Shown here piece after piece: positions 11,976 through 25,082 of a DNA stretch of 64,000 bases. The stretch comes from Amphiscolops sp. MND2022 (lineage: Eukaryota). Within the stretch, counting starts at the first letter, position 1. Each line of letters begins with the position of its first letter. The stretch is from assembly GCA_964187785.1 (NCBI GenBank), contig OZ076416.1, forward strand, positions 54,250,001 through 54,314,000, written 5' to 3'. The notes under the pieces were generated by a model, which was not told where the DNA came from, ran no database searches, and was given only the letters and a program-made list of their open reading frames with translations. Both the position numbers and the translations under genes were made by a program.

Positions 11976-12157
11976 ATAGCCCCGATCATCAGTGTAACAA
12001 GTGCAAGCAGAAGTTCCCCCATTATGGCTACCTCATAGACCACTTGGTGTACGAACACGACATCTGTTCCAAGCCCTTCATGGACGTGGCAAGCGCCAAA
12101 GACAAGTATTACTCTCGAATCAGGGCTACCACCAAACCGACGGCACCTCTGCGATGA
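11976..12157 (+). CDS. Probable terminal exon of the host zinc-finger gene (one C2H2 motif)
   Basis: Acceptor ACTTTTCAG at 11975, phase 1, compatible with the donor at 7592 (G+AT = Asp). Encodes CNKCKQKFPHYGYLIDHLVYEH; stop at 12155-12157. Confidence 0.55.
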
Positions 12158-12519
12158 GAGAACATTTCGGAAACAACGAAAATGTTGCCGCACAAATTTA
12201 TTTCTGTACTGCCCAAACTTATTGTATTGCTGAGGTATTCAGCTCATCAGTTGATTGTAATTCTCAATTTCAATTCTCAAAAATGTTCTTTTCCACATAT
12301 TTTCTTGCATCTTTGTCGCAGGATATTAAAATTTCTGTATTTCAGTTCTGATATATTTATAAATTTGGTTATTTTCTACTCTTTATACAATTGACTTTTT
12401 ACGTTCTGTATTAATTCTTTTTATTCAATAGTAGCAATTACAGTGAGAAAAAGTTACTTTTTAAAGTCTTTGCTCTGCTGAATGCGGACATAAGTGACAG
12501 AGCCACTGGGCATTTTGCA

Positions 12520-12930
12520 TTTTTTTAGTAGGCACTTTTCTTGAGAAAAGAATTGACTGTAGTCATGGCTTTTCGTCAGTGTTTTTTTTCTCGATACACC
12601 TGAAGTGATAAAAATAGTTCTACCAAAAGCTCTACAAATTTTTAAGGTGTCGCCAAAATGTACCTGTTGGCCCAAGGAATTGAACCAAAAAAGCTTTTCC
12701 TTTTTTCCGCGTAACACACAATACCGGGCGAGACTAAAGGGTCCCACCTTTGAGTTTTTTCGAAAAAAAATTATCCCCAAAGGGTCCTTAAATTATTCGG
12801 AGTTTTGCGACAAAATGGATGAAAAAATTTTCATCAAAGGGTCCCCAATTCACCAATACTTTGGCACTTGGAAGTCTTTGCTATTTTTGAGTCTTTGATA
12901 TGGCGTCGACTTGGGCCTTCCCAGCTTGTT
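12520..12930 (+). repeat. AAAGGGTCCCCC-family dispersed repeat
   Basis: Repeated AAAGGGTCCC motifs. Shares CATGGCTTTTCGTCAGTGTTTTTTT and the 3' end GACTTGGGCCTTCCCAGCTTGTT with the copies at 40.3-41.0 kb and 42.2-42.7 kb. Boundaries approximate. Confidence 0.65.
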
Positions 12931-13619
12931 AAACAGAAAGCATTACTTTAATTCCAATACTTGTTGGCATAGATGACCATAGCGTGAAATTCTATCATAG
13001 AAAAACTATAATGGCAGCAATAATGATAATACCATTCATTCTGTTATAGCGCGATTATTGAAATGCATTTGGCCTTTTTTGTTCCAAATTGCAAAGTCTT
13101 CTTAAAATCTGGATGGACACCTCATAATGAGTCAAAGAATTTGAATTTCGTATGAAAATTTTAAAAGTGGCCTTATTGTTGATTGCTATCTTAAGTAGTT
13201 CATGTTCATAATTTTCAATGAATTATGTCGCATTCAGCTTTCCCAGAAATGACAAAGTGACGCTTTTCGAAAAGTTACATTCCTTCTATCAAAAGAGCCA
13301 CGTCAGAATCCTATCCTATAATTGTTTATGGTATAAGCTATACAGTAATGTGATTAAGAAATCGTTACCCTTTGCGCTGAGCGTCGTTATCAACTAATTA
13401 AAATGGCTCATTATGCTCCCACTTTTATATTCGATTGGCGCATCAAGTGAAATCTCGGGCGCAGAAAGATAACCAGTTGTGTTAGAAGGGTTTTGAATTT
13501 TTTCCTTAAAATTTTGATTTCATCGGATTCTGAAGATTGTATAGATTTCAATGATAATCTAAAACACACAACATTGCTTTCATTCACACACAACATTAAT
13601 TTCATTCAAAACGGTCGCT

Positions 13620-16600
13620 TCATGTTTACCAACGCCAACGTTTAATTAAACTTTTGTGCAGACTACGACGAATTGTTACCATGTTATCTGGAAGAGCTTT
13701 CATGCAAGTCCAAAATGTACAGTCTTTATTCTCAAGTCTATAACAAACTAGAACAAAAGGAGAACCTTATCAGAAATTACATTCGACAAAAAAACACTGG
13801 CAATCAAGAAGAACAACCGCGCAGCAATATGGATACCGTGAGTACAAGAAATTTCCCAGTGCGTACTCATCACATTGAATATCAGTTAAAAGAAACGCAT
13901 AAAAACCTGGTTATTGGAAGTAGTCTAGTAAGTAGGTTAAATAATGATCCTAGTTTTCCTAATGATTGCACAATACATGCGTACCGTGGATCTACAACAA
14001 AGGAAACAATTGCTATATTCGAAAAGTATACAAGCAAAAAACTTGACACTGTGATTCATCAAGATGGTACAAACGCCCTTTTAAAAAAGGGATGTGCAAG
14101 TACAGAGAATCTGCCTGATGACTAAATTTTTGGTCGAAGCAATCCGTGAAAAAGTTGAACCCACAAATTTTCTAATTTGCGAAGTGCCCCCAGTCTTGCA
14201 GATCGAAGAAATGAATCAGAAAAATACCGAGTTCAACAAACTCATACATGAGAAATATGATGGGTGTTTTACTGTGTTAAATCTGAACCATATGTACAGG
14301 AGATTGTCAAATATGCAGAGTTTCTTCTACGATAACATTCACTTCAACCGCAAAGGATTAGCTGTTTTGAAAAACACCCTATTATCACAACTTCTTCGCA
14401 TTTCGAGTGGTGTTTCAACAAAACATTGTACGAGTTACAATGGGAAACCCATGAGAACCAACCAATACATTAAAAAAATTGCATATACCCTATTAAACCC
14501 AAATATAAACATAACAAAACGTCAACGTCTGCTACAAAACTAACAATGAAGTTTTTTTATCAACGAACTACTTTCTTTAGGTTTTCTACTACTTTCTTCA
14601 ACCGCTCCAACATTGAACGATATGAAACAGAGAAGTAATGGGTTGAAAAATCGATGGATCTGCTATCTAGTTTTTGCAAAATTAATCGAGCCGCTAAAAA
14701 AAGCGAATGGGGGGAATATAATCAATTACTGTATTTTGAAATCCGGTGACGTTGAGTAAAACCCTAAGGCAGCGCCGCAAATCATTTACAAGCTGCTTAC
14801 TCAAATGTTTATCATGAACAAAAGAAAACTGAAGTTCATTCATATCAATTGTCAGAGTTTAAACAGGAAATGAGATACCTTAAAAGAACTAATGGGTGAC
14901 CTAGGAAAAAATAATCCCCACGAGAGTCGTCGGAACATCGAATACTCCTTTTCGTACATCAAAAACAAACCCATTGATCATCGAGCAACATCAATTTTTA
15001 GTGACTTTCAAATTATTACAAATAAAAAGGGTTATAGGTAAAGAAGTTTTTGATAAGAAGAATTACAGGAAAGATCTTTTCTGTAGGGATCTGGAATTGA
15101 GCAACTGGAGCAGGTTTTACCGCCAAAATAGCGCCAAGGATATGTTCTCAGTATTCAGTAACATCTTTGAAAAACCTCTTGAAAAGTGTGTTACGAAAAG
15201 AAAAGTGTTTATACGCAATGACAAAAGCTCAATCACTATTCAAAATTCTCGGAGCGAAAACGAAACTAAAAAAATGTTTGTAAAAACGAAAGAATTCATG
15301 CATCCTGATGACATTTCATGTAATTTAATTCAACAACATTTTTTCGAGAAACTGGATGAAAACCGCCTCAGTCAAAAAACTAACATTTTCAAACAACTCC
15401 AGTCAAATTGCCGAAAATGGAACTTCAAAAATGAAGCTCGAAGTTCCAGAAGATGCAAAACAGAACTAGTTTCTTTGAAGAATTCAATTGGAGATACCAT
15501 AACTGACCAAAAAAAGAGTAAATTTACTCAACTACCGCTTCTCTAAACTCGGTGACTACTAAACTCGAAACAAAAATCGTTTGATGAAGAAATTGAAACA
15601 AGAGTCAAAGCGATCGTGACATTCAAATTTCAAGCAATTACCTTGTTTACTTGCAAAAACTTTGTTGAAGAACTTAACATGAATGAAGCTTTGGGTCCGT
15701 CCAATATCCCAGCTTGGACTCTGAATGATTCCCTCAGTGTGATAGCTGAGCCTCTCTGCTTTCTCATGAACGCATTTTTGAAGGAAGGTAAGTTTCCAAG
15801 TAATCTTAAACAAGCTCTTGTTTGCCCAATCTTCACAAAGGGTGACAGTGAAGATCCAAACAACTATAGACTTATTTCTATTACAGCAGCCTTGTCCAAG
15901 ATTTTTGTAAAAGTCATTCGAGAACAAATTACCAACTTTGATAACAACAAATTTTTTCCCCTGTAGAATTTCGTTTCAGGAAAAGTAAATCCACGACTGA
16001 TGCACTGATTTTCACAGCTCAAAAAATCAGAAAAGAAATTGATAACAATCACTTCGTTGCTGCTGCTTTTTTGGATCTATCAAAAGCCGTTGACTCTATT
16101 TCACATGAAATACTTCTCAAAAAGCTGGAAACATTTCTATTTGATCTAAACGCAGTTTCATTGATACAAAGTTTTCTCACTAGACGGACTCAAAGAAGTT
16201 TGTCCACATCCAAATTGGACTGGATTAATATATATCAAGGCGTCCCACAAAGTACTGGTCTCGGCCCGTTGCTTTTCAATCTTTATGTCAATAGTATGCA
16301 GAACAAAATGCCGGAAAGTTCAAATTTGTGCAGTATGCTGACGATTTGTTTGTCTTTGTTGCTGCATACCAATCTTGAGAGAAGTTTAGAAAAAATAATT
16401 CATTACTTCGTCGAACATCGACTAAACGTAAACGCCGAAAAAACTCCGAGTTTTTGTTCTTCTGTAAACCATCGAAAAATGCGTCGATAAAAAATGTGGA
16501 GTTACCAGTTCACAGTCATTCTATCAAACAAAGAGAGTGTATAAAATATCTTGGTGTGCAATTGGATCAGAACCTTAGCTATCAGAACGAAGTAAAGAAA

Positions 16601-17280
16601 TTTTCTACAGAAAATGGCCTGCGGTATCAAAACAGTTTACTGTGTTCGTGATTTTTACAAAAAAACCATACTACTGTTACTAAATGCCCTTGTCATCAGC
16701 CACTTACATTACTCTTCTATACTCTTGAATGGCATTTCTCGAAGCCACATTTCGACCCTGGAAAAACAACTAAATTGGGGAATCAAAGCATGCTTTAATA
16801 GATACAAAATGGATTCAGCACACGACCTTAGGTTACACTATAGAATTTTATCGGTTCATCTTCTCCTGGACTTGAATGCTGTTTTATTTTTCTGGAAATG
16901 GAAAACAACCTTTTGCCCGCTTTTTCACGGCTTCAGATCGCCACTGCAAATCTGAAAACACATGAAAGAAGATCAAATTTAACATATCACAGTTTTGCCA
17001 AAAGGAGCAGCTGAAAAACAGCCTTTTCAAGAGAGTAGTACCTTTATAAAACGCGTTGCCTGAAAACCTGAAAGTGTGAAATCAGACGTATGAAAATGTA
17101 AAGAAGAGGTTGAAAACGTTTTTTATTGAGAAATCTGTTAATGACATCGATAGACCTCAGTATAGTCAGAAATGTTGGAGTGAATATCGTTTCAAGTAGT
17201 CAAATTTTAATGCTCAATATTTGCTTTTTATACAATTTTTTGTAATGTCCATTTTTTTAAAACTACGGGTTTACACTGCC
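13620..17280 (+). mobile_element. Degenerate LINE (CR1/L2 group): esterase-type ORF1, ORF2 with largely deleted APE and fragmented RT
   Basis: ORF1 fragments 13673-14543 (LVIGSSLVSR, HAYRGSTT, HQDGTN, DNIHFN); SGDVE*NP at 14742-14765; APE start INCQSLN; RT motifs PIFTKGD, NYRLISI, DLSKAVDSISH, GVPQSTGLGPLLF, an out-of-frame QYADD, and YLGV. Many stops and frameshifts; boundaries approximate. Confidence 0.85.
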
Positions 17281-18641
17281 CTCCATATATTTGTTTACAT
17301 TTTAGTTATTTTATATGAAGGAATACAGTGTTTTTTCTTTTTTAAGTGAAAAAAATAATCGCATTTTTTCACCGCGAAAACTCAATTTCCCATCCTAATA
17401 CATGTAATAATACATTCAACCAATGAATATAGGGTCATCTCTGTTGCTGTTATCTGAAACTGCCACTCATATATTGAACCGTTCGTCGAACAATTCGAAG
17501 GTTGATGGTGAATTTAAAATTAGTGCTCAGAATTAATGCTCGGAAAATCCTCCAAAATGTCGAATAACTGTCCCAAAATTTCCTTCGATTCCGCTTATGC
17601 TAATACCAAAATCCTTCAAAGAAAACATGCCACACATTTCCAATTCTGTTAACAGGGTCCTTTTTTGCTATCTTGATCATGTTGAAATGGCAAAAAAATT
17701 TCAAGATGTGTACTGTGATCATTAGTTTGAAATTGCTACTGAAAAATTTAATCAGGTATCACTGAATGAAGAACATGCGAGCTTCTTGTCAAATCATGGT
17801 AAACTCGGAAATGATGACCAAAGCAACCGGAGTTGTGTCAAAATTGCAACAAAGATTTGAAACAACTCATTTTCAACTCGAAGAGTCATTTTGCTTTACT
17901 ATTTGGAAGGAAAAAACTGATCTTTTATCCGCGTTAAAAAACTTTTGTCATTTTTCAATTTTATACTCTTGAGGATACAGGTTTCCGCGTTTGCAGAAGT
18001 ACTAGCACAAAACCAGGTTCGTTGCATATTCTCAGAGAGCTCATTGAACTTCTCAAAGAAAATGTCTGATACAAAATGCCACAAAAATCACGGAAGGACA
18101 CTTTTGCCAGTTTGGTACAACGTTTCGATTGTTTTTGCTGGTATGGGCATCGGGAGTTCAAAGACGAATGAATTACCAGCTTAGCAGGTTCCGTCTGTCA
18201 AGAAGGTTGACTTAGCAGGCTTTACCACGCATCTCGTTTTCACCGAGGATCATTTTTTTTCCTGATTTTTTAAAAACGGCTCTTGCTGGATTCTTGACCT
18301 CTTGTGAATCTTCGATAACATTTCAATACTATGATTTATCCTGATTTCTTATTATCCCGCTTTTGTCGCCAATTCTGATAGCAATGAGGCAGCAATACTC
18401 CAAGTCTTTGGCTAGTTTATTTGATTCTGAGAGCAGCGATGAAGACATTCGCGCGTTAGATATTCGTATGCAGAGAGGTTCGCCTACATTCCAATTCTAT
18501 TGCGAACTTGATAGTTGTATCTTTTAACCCGAGAAGAACCAAAGGCTGTAAAAACTGGTATAGCGATCAGTTCTGCGCTGTATACTGACTTAACATGAGT
18601 ACATAGTCAATTCAAATATGTTTCATTATTGAACATTAAAG

Positions 18642-18977
18642 CTAATTGTCGGAACGTGCACTAGTCTTATCGATAACTGTATTTTGATCGTTCCCTTCTC
18701 CATGACTGGAGGATAACTTTTCCGTTAAAGCTAATACTAGTCCAGTAAGCTCATTAATTTGTCTATTCATACTCGAGAAACGTTGGTCAATAGTCATTTG
18801 ATCGGAGTGTTGTTCAGAATGAATGAGGTTTTCATTATCTAATTCATCAATTTGTTCTCTTGTGAGGAGGTCGGGAAGACTGCATTCACTTTCGGAATCA
18901 CTAACACGGTCATTTCTACTTGTTTTACCCATGAATACTGGGATGGAACTTCTTGCCTGAGATCGCGTATTTACCAT
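18642..18977 (-). CDS. Copy of the Gag N-terminus in the 3' LTR (111 aa; stop supplied by the TSD)
   Basis: Nearly identical to the first 110 aa of gag 31689-33212; GAC A|AT TAG at the LTR/TSD junction. Confidence 0.8.
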   Translation of the reverse strand: MVNTRSQARSSIPVFMGKTSRNDRVSDSESECSLPDLLTREQIDELDNENLIHSEQHSDQMTIDQRFSSMNRQINELTGLVLALTEKLSSSHGEGNDQNTVIDKTSARSDN

Positions 18978-19850
18978 TTTGTATAAAGAAACTGGAGTTT
19001 GTTGAAAGAATTTGAATTGAGATTTTAAGGTTGAATTTAAGTTTGAAGAGAAGGATTAAAATCTTTCGCAGTGATGTGGTAAGCAACTGAGCGTCAAGTT
19101 ATACCAAAAGTTAATGGCTGTCTTTTTGCACCTCTTACCAATTTCGCGATGTTGGTCAGGTGACAACGTCACGTGACTGTATCGACCAATAGCACTGCAC
19201 TACTAATGAGGTGTTAATTGCGACATACTGGTGGTTTGTACCATTTGAGGCTTTACGATGATGTTGCGTTGCCATCGCTACGCATAATGTTTGTTACTTT
19301 TACTACACTAATTGAAATGAGTAATAATTGACTATAATGGTGGTATATTACCATCGTTACATGTAAATGTTTAATTTAGAAAGCACTGTGATGTGGTTAT
19401 ATCACCAACATCACCTACATATGGAATGAAATATGTTTATGTTACTAGCGCTATATGATTGAGTAATGAAATGAAGTGGCTGAGTAACCAACATAGCCTG
19501 GTTTAACTAATGGAGAAATGAATGAAATAGTTACTTTAACAATGGTTCTGACGATAGTATATCAACTACACTACGTGATGCACTTTAGGAATGGGTTGGG
19601 AAAGGTCATGTTAAGAGTGTATGATTATAATAAAAATGAGATTGGGTTGTTATGTGAAGACATGTAAATAATGTACACATGATATAATTGAAGAGTTTTA
19701 GTTTTTTGGTTTTAGTGATGCCGTGTATATAACTACATTCTTTTCCCCATTTGCATTTCGGCGCGTATTGTCGGTTCATGCTTCATCTTTTACTGATGTT
19801 GTTTAGTTGAGAGCATCGTTATTCAGTATTATCATGCGTCCGGCATGACA
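18647..19850 (-). repeat. Element 1 3' LTR (1204 bp)
   Basis: Direct repeat of 32882-34080; at least 10 substitutions and one 5-bp indel seen by eye (about 99% identity). Confidence 0.97.
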
Positions 19851-20701
19851 CTCCGGGTCTTTTTTGAAAAGAGCAAGTGGTGGGGGTGGAGGAGAGTTGT
19901 TTGTAATTGTTCGTTTCTATCGGCTAATTTGAGCTTTGTGTTGAATATTTGTTGGAAGTGGCAGTGACGTTGTCATAGTAACTGCATCATGGTGGATGGT
20001 TCGGCATCATGCTTGGAAAAATGTTCACTGCACTACGAGCATTCCACTTCGGTAAAGAGTAAATATAAAGTCGATGTGGCGAATGTAGCCACGTCATCCA
20101 ATCGTGCGCATTGTTTGCAGTAAGAGAGTGAGAGCGAGAGTGAATTTGCCGGAAATTAATAACGTGGCAGCGCAATTGTAATAACTCGGCCCATTCGGTA
20201 ACTGTTCGGAAGTAAGATGCAGTGGAATATCGCGCGTTATGTAAACAAATCTTCATAGCTGCAAAAACTGAGCGGATGAATTAAACCATTTGTCACGATA
20301 GAACTGTTGTTAATTGGAATTGCTGTAAGTTGTTGAGCGGTATACCAGATGGAAGTGAGCTAATCAAAATGGTCATTTTTGAATCGTTTAGGATGGGGAT
20401 TACATCAGGAAGTTTTGTGCATAAAGTTTTCCTTTCTCCGGAGAAATTTAGCGATTTTTGGAAATTCGAACCTCGTGGTTTTTTGATTGGTAGGGTGGTC
20501 AAATGGTTGTATTTCGAGTAAATTTTTTATCAAATTTCCCTTTGACGTGGGTGGTAGGCTATCATTTCCAGGTGATAAGGGTGATCAATCCTCATTCTGT
20601 ATAACGATAGCTGCTGAAACCTGGTAAATCGCAAATTTGTTCCAGAGACTGTTTATATGCTTTGACATTCGTTATTGATTGTTCTTGGTTATTTGTTAAA
20701 A

Positions 20702-23700
20702 ATGGCCGCTGGAGAATTATCGGAAGGAGAGGTTGCATCATTAGTAGAAGCGGCAGAAGGAGCGTTAGCTGAGCTATCCAGTTTAGACCATTTGTCGGAC
20801 GAGGAAGGTCTCGTTGCATCAGTGGACGAATTACTAGAGGGTGCGACTCATTCGGTATGTTGTCAGTTTGCCGGGCGAGTAGATGAATCCAATGTGGAAA
20901 CCGCTACTACTTTGCTGGGAAATAGCTCTCTCTAGTGAATTCCGTGAGTACTCCAACAAATTTTCGTATTGTTTTCTTTGTATTGATGATCTGTTGATAA
21001 GGGCAGGCATTTATCATTTTGTGTTTAACTTCGGAACTCATCAAGGTAATGTGTGTGTGTGCATAGCATCGTTAATGCAGGATATGATTAATGAGCGGCA
21101 CTCTGTAGGCTCTTCCCGGGATCTATTACCTTGGGTAGACTGTTGAAACGTTGGTTTTAAGCCGATGAACTGCTTGGCTGATTTTTCCCCATGTGTGTTG
21201 TAGAATCCTTGAATATGACCGATATTGTTGCCATGTTGCGGCGGATGCTACAGTCTAGAGCGTCGTCAGGTGATGTAGCAAGTGTGGGTGCGTGCGAATC
21301 CGAGCTCAGGGGTTACTGCTACACTCAGAGTGGTAAGTGATCAACTTGGTATCTTCTGTATGTTATGGTGTAAGATAGGCATCATTTCAATCATCTACTG
21401 GTAGTACCGTATGACAGTCGTCCCTTGATTTTCACTGACATAAGGGTAATGTTGGAGAGGTCGTTGTTAGGGGTGACGTATGTATGGTGACGTCATTGTT
21501 TACCCTTTTGTAATTTATTCCAGGTGTCGCGAGTGGTTCCGCTTTGAGTGTCAACACTGTGGTGGCTGCAATTACTCGGTTGGAAAAGGAGTTGGCTAGG
21601 GTTGTCAAGGCAACAGTTGAATCCACCCTGGGTCGGTTAGGCACTGTGGGCGCGCTAGCTGTGGATGATTTCGTTCAGCGATTGGTCACGGCTGTATCGC
21701 AGTTGAAAACCTGTCAGTGGTTCGCTTGTTGCCGTCCCTGGATACGATGTGCCTGTGACTCTTACATTGCCTGCTGGGATAGTGTCGGTTGGATCTGCTG
21801 TCCCTGTGACTCCCTCAGTTGCTAGTTTGCAGGAGTCAGTCGCGCCATCATTGTTCGGCGAGAGTGCTGTGTTCGGGCCGGCCAGTGTTGCGAAGTCGGT
21901 TTGTGTTACACCTGGTAAGAATCTCATAAGATCATGAGGGGGGTTTTTAGGGGAAAATTTTAAGTGATTACAAGAGCATCTCCATACTAAGATTTAAAAG
22001 TTTTTTTTGAGTTTCATTTGTTTGTTGCAGCGCGTACTAAAAAGATCAAGACGCTGAAACCTTCTTACTTTGTGTCGAGTGTTGTGGGCACCTTCGTTGG
22101 TTTTCCTTGCAACAAGAGAGTGATTGATGGTTACGCTCGTTGTCTGCTATGCCGGGCGGACCTGAGCATTGCGGGGCGCGGGATCTCATCTCTGTGGGAT
22201 CATTGGAAGGGTGTGGAGCACACCCGTTTGGAGCAAAAATATCGGATAATGACTCACAGACCGCTCTTAGACAAGTCCTGCAGGCCTGTATCAGCAGATG
22301 AGGATCGCCGGATCAGACTTGCTCGTTCTACCGAACCGCCAGTTTTTATGGAAACTGACCTGAACCTGACAGTCGAAGAGCGCATGGCTATTGAAGAAGC
22401 TGAGGCAACCGAAGGGGCGCGACCACATTTGCCGGACGATAGTGTGGGTTATCTGTGGCTGAATAATTTTATATCTAGTTTCCTGGTTGCGAGGTCTATC
22501 GAGGGGGTGCTCTATTCAATGGATTCCTGAAGAAATTGCATGGCGAATGAACTACATTTCGAGTGCCGGACACTGGACTACGCGCGTTGTCAGGTTATTT
22601 GAGATAGTATTTCTTTAACATGTAGAGGGTCGTACCGCGTTGTTAAATCGTGTATAATGCGATTGTTGGGGTTGCTTTGTGGTTTTAATGTCGTTATGTT
22701 CGGGACGTTATTTGTTATTTAGAGTCTGATACTGTACGGGTGTTACCCGTATGTTGTGGAGCAGTTGGATACCCTTGTGGAGGCGAGTTCATGTTTTGGC
22801 GTCAGCATCCGTCGGAGTGGCTGGCAGTGGCGTGGTGAGCTTCACATCATCGGCAATCATGGTGTGAAATCGATGGTGCTCGCTCTGGTGACCGATGGAA
22901 CTGGATGGGAGAAGAGGATGCTGGGTAACGTGGTACCCTTGCTTGCATGTCTGAAGGACAGAACATTGCTAAAAACAGTGGCGGTCGAGGGAGAGACTCA
23001 CGTTGGGAGAGCAGTGGCGGGCATGGTAGCTCCCAAGACGCCTCTCGTGGTTGGGCTGCTAACGGCAAAGTCAGTTTTCAATGAGGTGCAGAGGCAATTC
23101 CGGGTGGAATTTGCAGGATTGGACCCGCTCAGTGTCTTAGAATACTTCCGTGTGAGAATGCTACCTGTAGTCCAGGAGAAGTTTTTGGATCGATTGCCGT
23201 TGTTACGACAGGTGAATATGTTATAAAGTAATGCAAGTAGTTTGCTGAAGTCGCTATTTGTGACTTTAGCTTCTTTTATTTTTGTTTTTTGGAGTTGCTA
23301 AGTGTAGTATAAGGTTTATGTATTCGGACAGCTCTTTGGAGGTTGGTTTTGAAACGCAATTTTGTTTCTGTTGTTCTAGTATGTACGTGTCGGTGGAGAG
23401 GACATCACTCAGTTAGCATCCGTCTGTGCAGAAATTGTGGAGTACTGGAATGATTTATCGTTGTACTTCGGGACTCATCGTCCAAACGTCACCTCAGAAC
23501 TACGGCCGATTACACCACTGGAAATCCAAGTGTTCAAAGACGCGATGATTCGTCCTCGGTTTGCTATCTTGCGGCTCGTTTTGGATTTAAGTGAGTGAGA
23601 CAATAAGTTGGATAGAGGAAGGAGAAAAAAATGTTTTTTTTGAGTTATCTTTTCCGTCGTAGTAGTGAGGACTCATTTGCGGTGTTAAGGCTACTTTTGT

Positions 23701-25082
23701 ACTTTACTTTGTTTGCAGTGGTGAAGCATTGTCCTCGACTGTGTGGACGTGGTCGAGACTACGGCGTTGTTGTGGAGAGGGAGCTAGCTCACTTATTGCG
23801 CGGGTTAATGAGGTTCATTTACCCAGTTACCAGTATTCCTGCAGAGTACGAGATTACAGCATTGCTTCAAGTTATTGACTCTGATTGTGTGGATGTCGAT
23901 GCCCATTTGTACAAGAAACATTTCGGGCAATATTTCCTCTACGACATCAGTTCCCAATTATCCTTCTTTTATAAGGCAGTACAGAAGATGCTGGTGGGTT
24001 TGTGTCGTGGGTTAAGTGGATTGTGGCAACGGACCTGGCCGAATCATCTAAGTTTAACACCGTTTGATCCAGTACTTATACACCAGGGTTCGGATGATCG
24101 TCGTGTGGACTCATTAGTGGAGACCTGTGCTGTATTGACTGCCCACGGACTAGTCGATCTGGACGACGGCGGTGTAGTACAGCAGCAGTACAGAGAAGTC
24201 ACACAATTCTTTAAGAAGCGGTGGTCGTTTTGTGTGGACGAACTTCCTGCTGTGGACGATGTGATTGCTATGTGGCTTTCTTATCCTCATTGGAGTCGGT
24301 GTGCTCAATTGCGCCAAGTAGTAAACCTAGTGCTCAGTGTGGTTGTTGTCAGTAGTTATCAGGCTGAGTTTGTTGACAACGCCGCTACAGCTTTGGACCC
24401 TGATGAACTTGCTTCGAGCTTACATTTAGTTCGTAGTTGGTTCGGACATTCCTTCGTTGGAAAATCACGCCGTGATTTACGTGGCCTAATGCGCATTGCC
24501 GAGACGACGGACATGCAAGTCTCTCGTCTGTCCGATAGTGTTCGGGCCAAGCCCTGGGACCAATTACTGAAAGTCGGGCTGGATCAGAGCTTATCATTTT
24601 GCGTAGCCTTATTGGATAAGGGACCCGAGGCACCTGTAGTGCCTATCGTGGATGAGTACAGGTTGTTTATTCTCGCACAACTGAATGTGATGGAGGTCAT
24701 GGCAGCTAGCCCTATTCGTGTTCCTCCCAAACTTACTGCACTGCCGTCAGGATCAGGAAGTAAGTCTAAAAGGCCTCGCAGTCAATCTGACGTGAAATTG
24801 AAAACGCCTAATAAGGATGCTAATGTGGTTGCGTCTACTATTTCTAAATCTGCCATACTGTCAAAGACTCGTGGTCTCATTCGCAGGAGTAGTGGGAGGA
24901 AAACGCCGTCGTCTACAGGACGTCGAACTGGAGGGAAACCTCAAAGCGGCAAAAAGCTAGTATTGTCATTGGTTGCTAGTGAGTCGGCCGATCAAGAAGA
25001 TCAGTTAACAGATGACGGTTTAGTGAAAACCAGTCGTCGGGGAAAACGTACTATGAGGATCGAATCGTCTGACGAATCCTAA
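20702..25082 (+). pseudogene. Element 1 antisense multi-exon gene: BED-like zinc finger plus hAT-transposase-derived protein; two frameshifts and one nonsense codon in this copy
   Basis: Phase-compatible GT-AG exons 20702-21045, 21204-21332, 21524-21914, 22031-22593, 22723-23211, 23380-23590 and 23719-25082. Zinc finger CLLCRADLSIAGRGISSLWDHWKGVEH. TGA at 22528-22530, an extra A near 21708, and a probable 2-bp slip in (CT)n near 20930 (a 28-nt intron at 20855-20882 is an alternative). Confidence 0.8.

Noticed and set aside
17400-18460. Decayed coding sequence on the minus strand
   Set aside because: Short open stretches exist but no recognisable motif was found.
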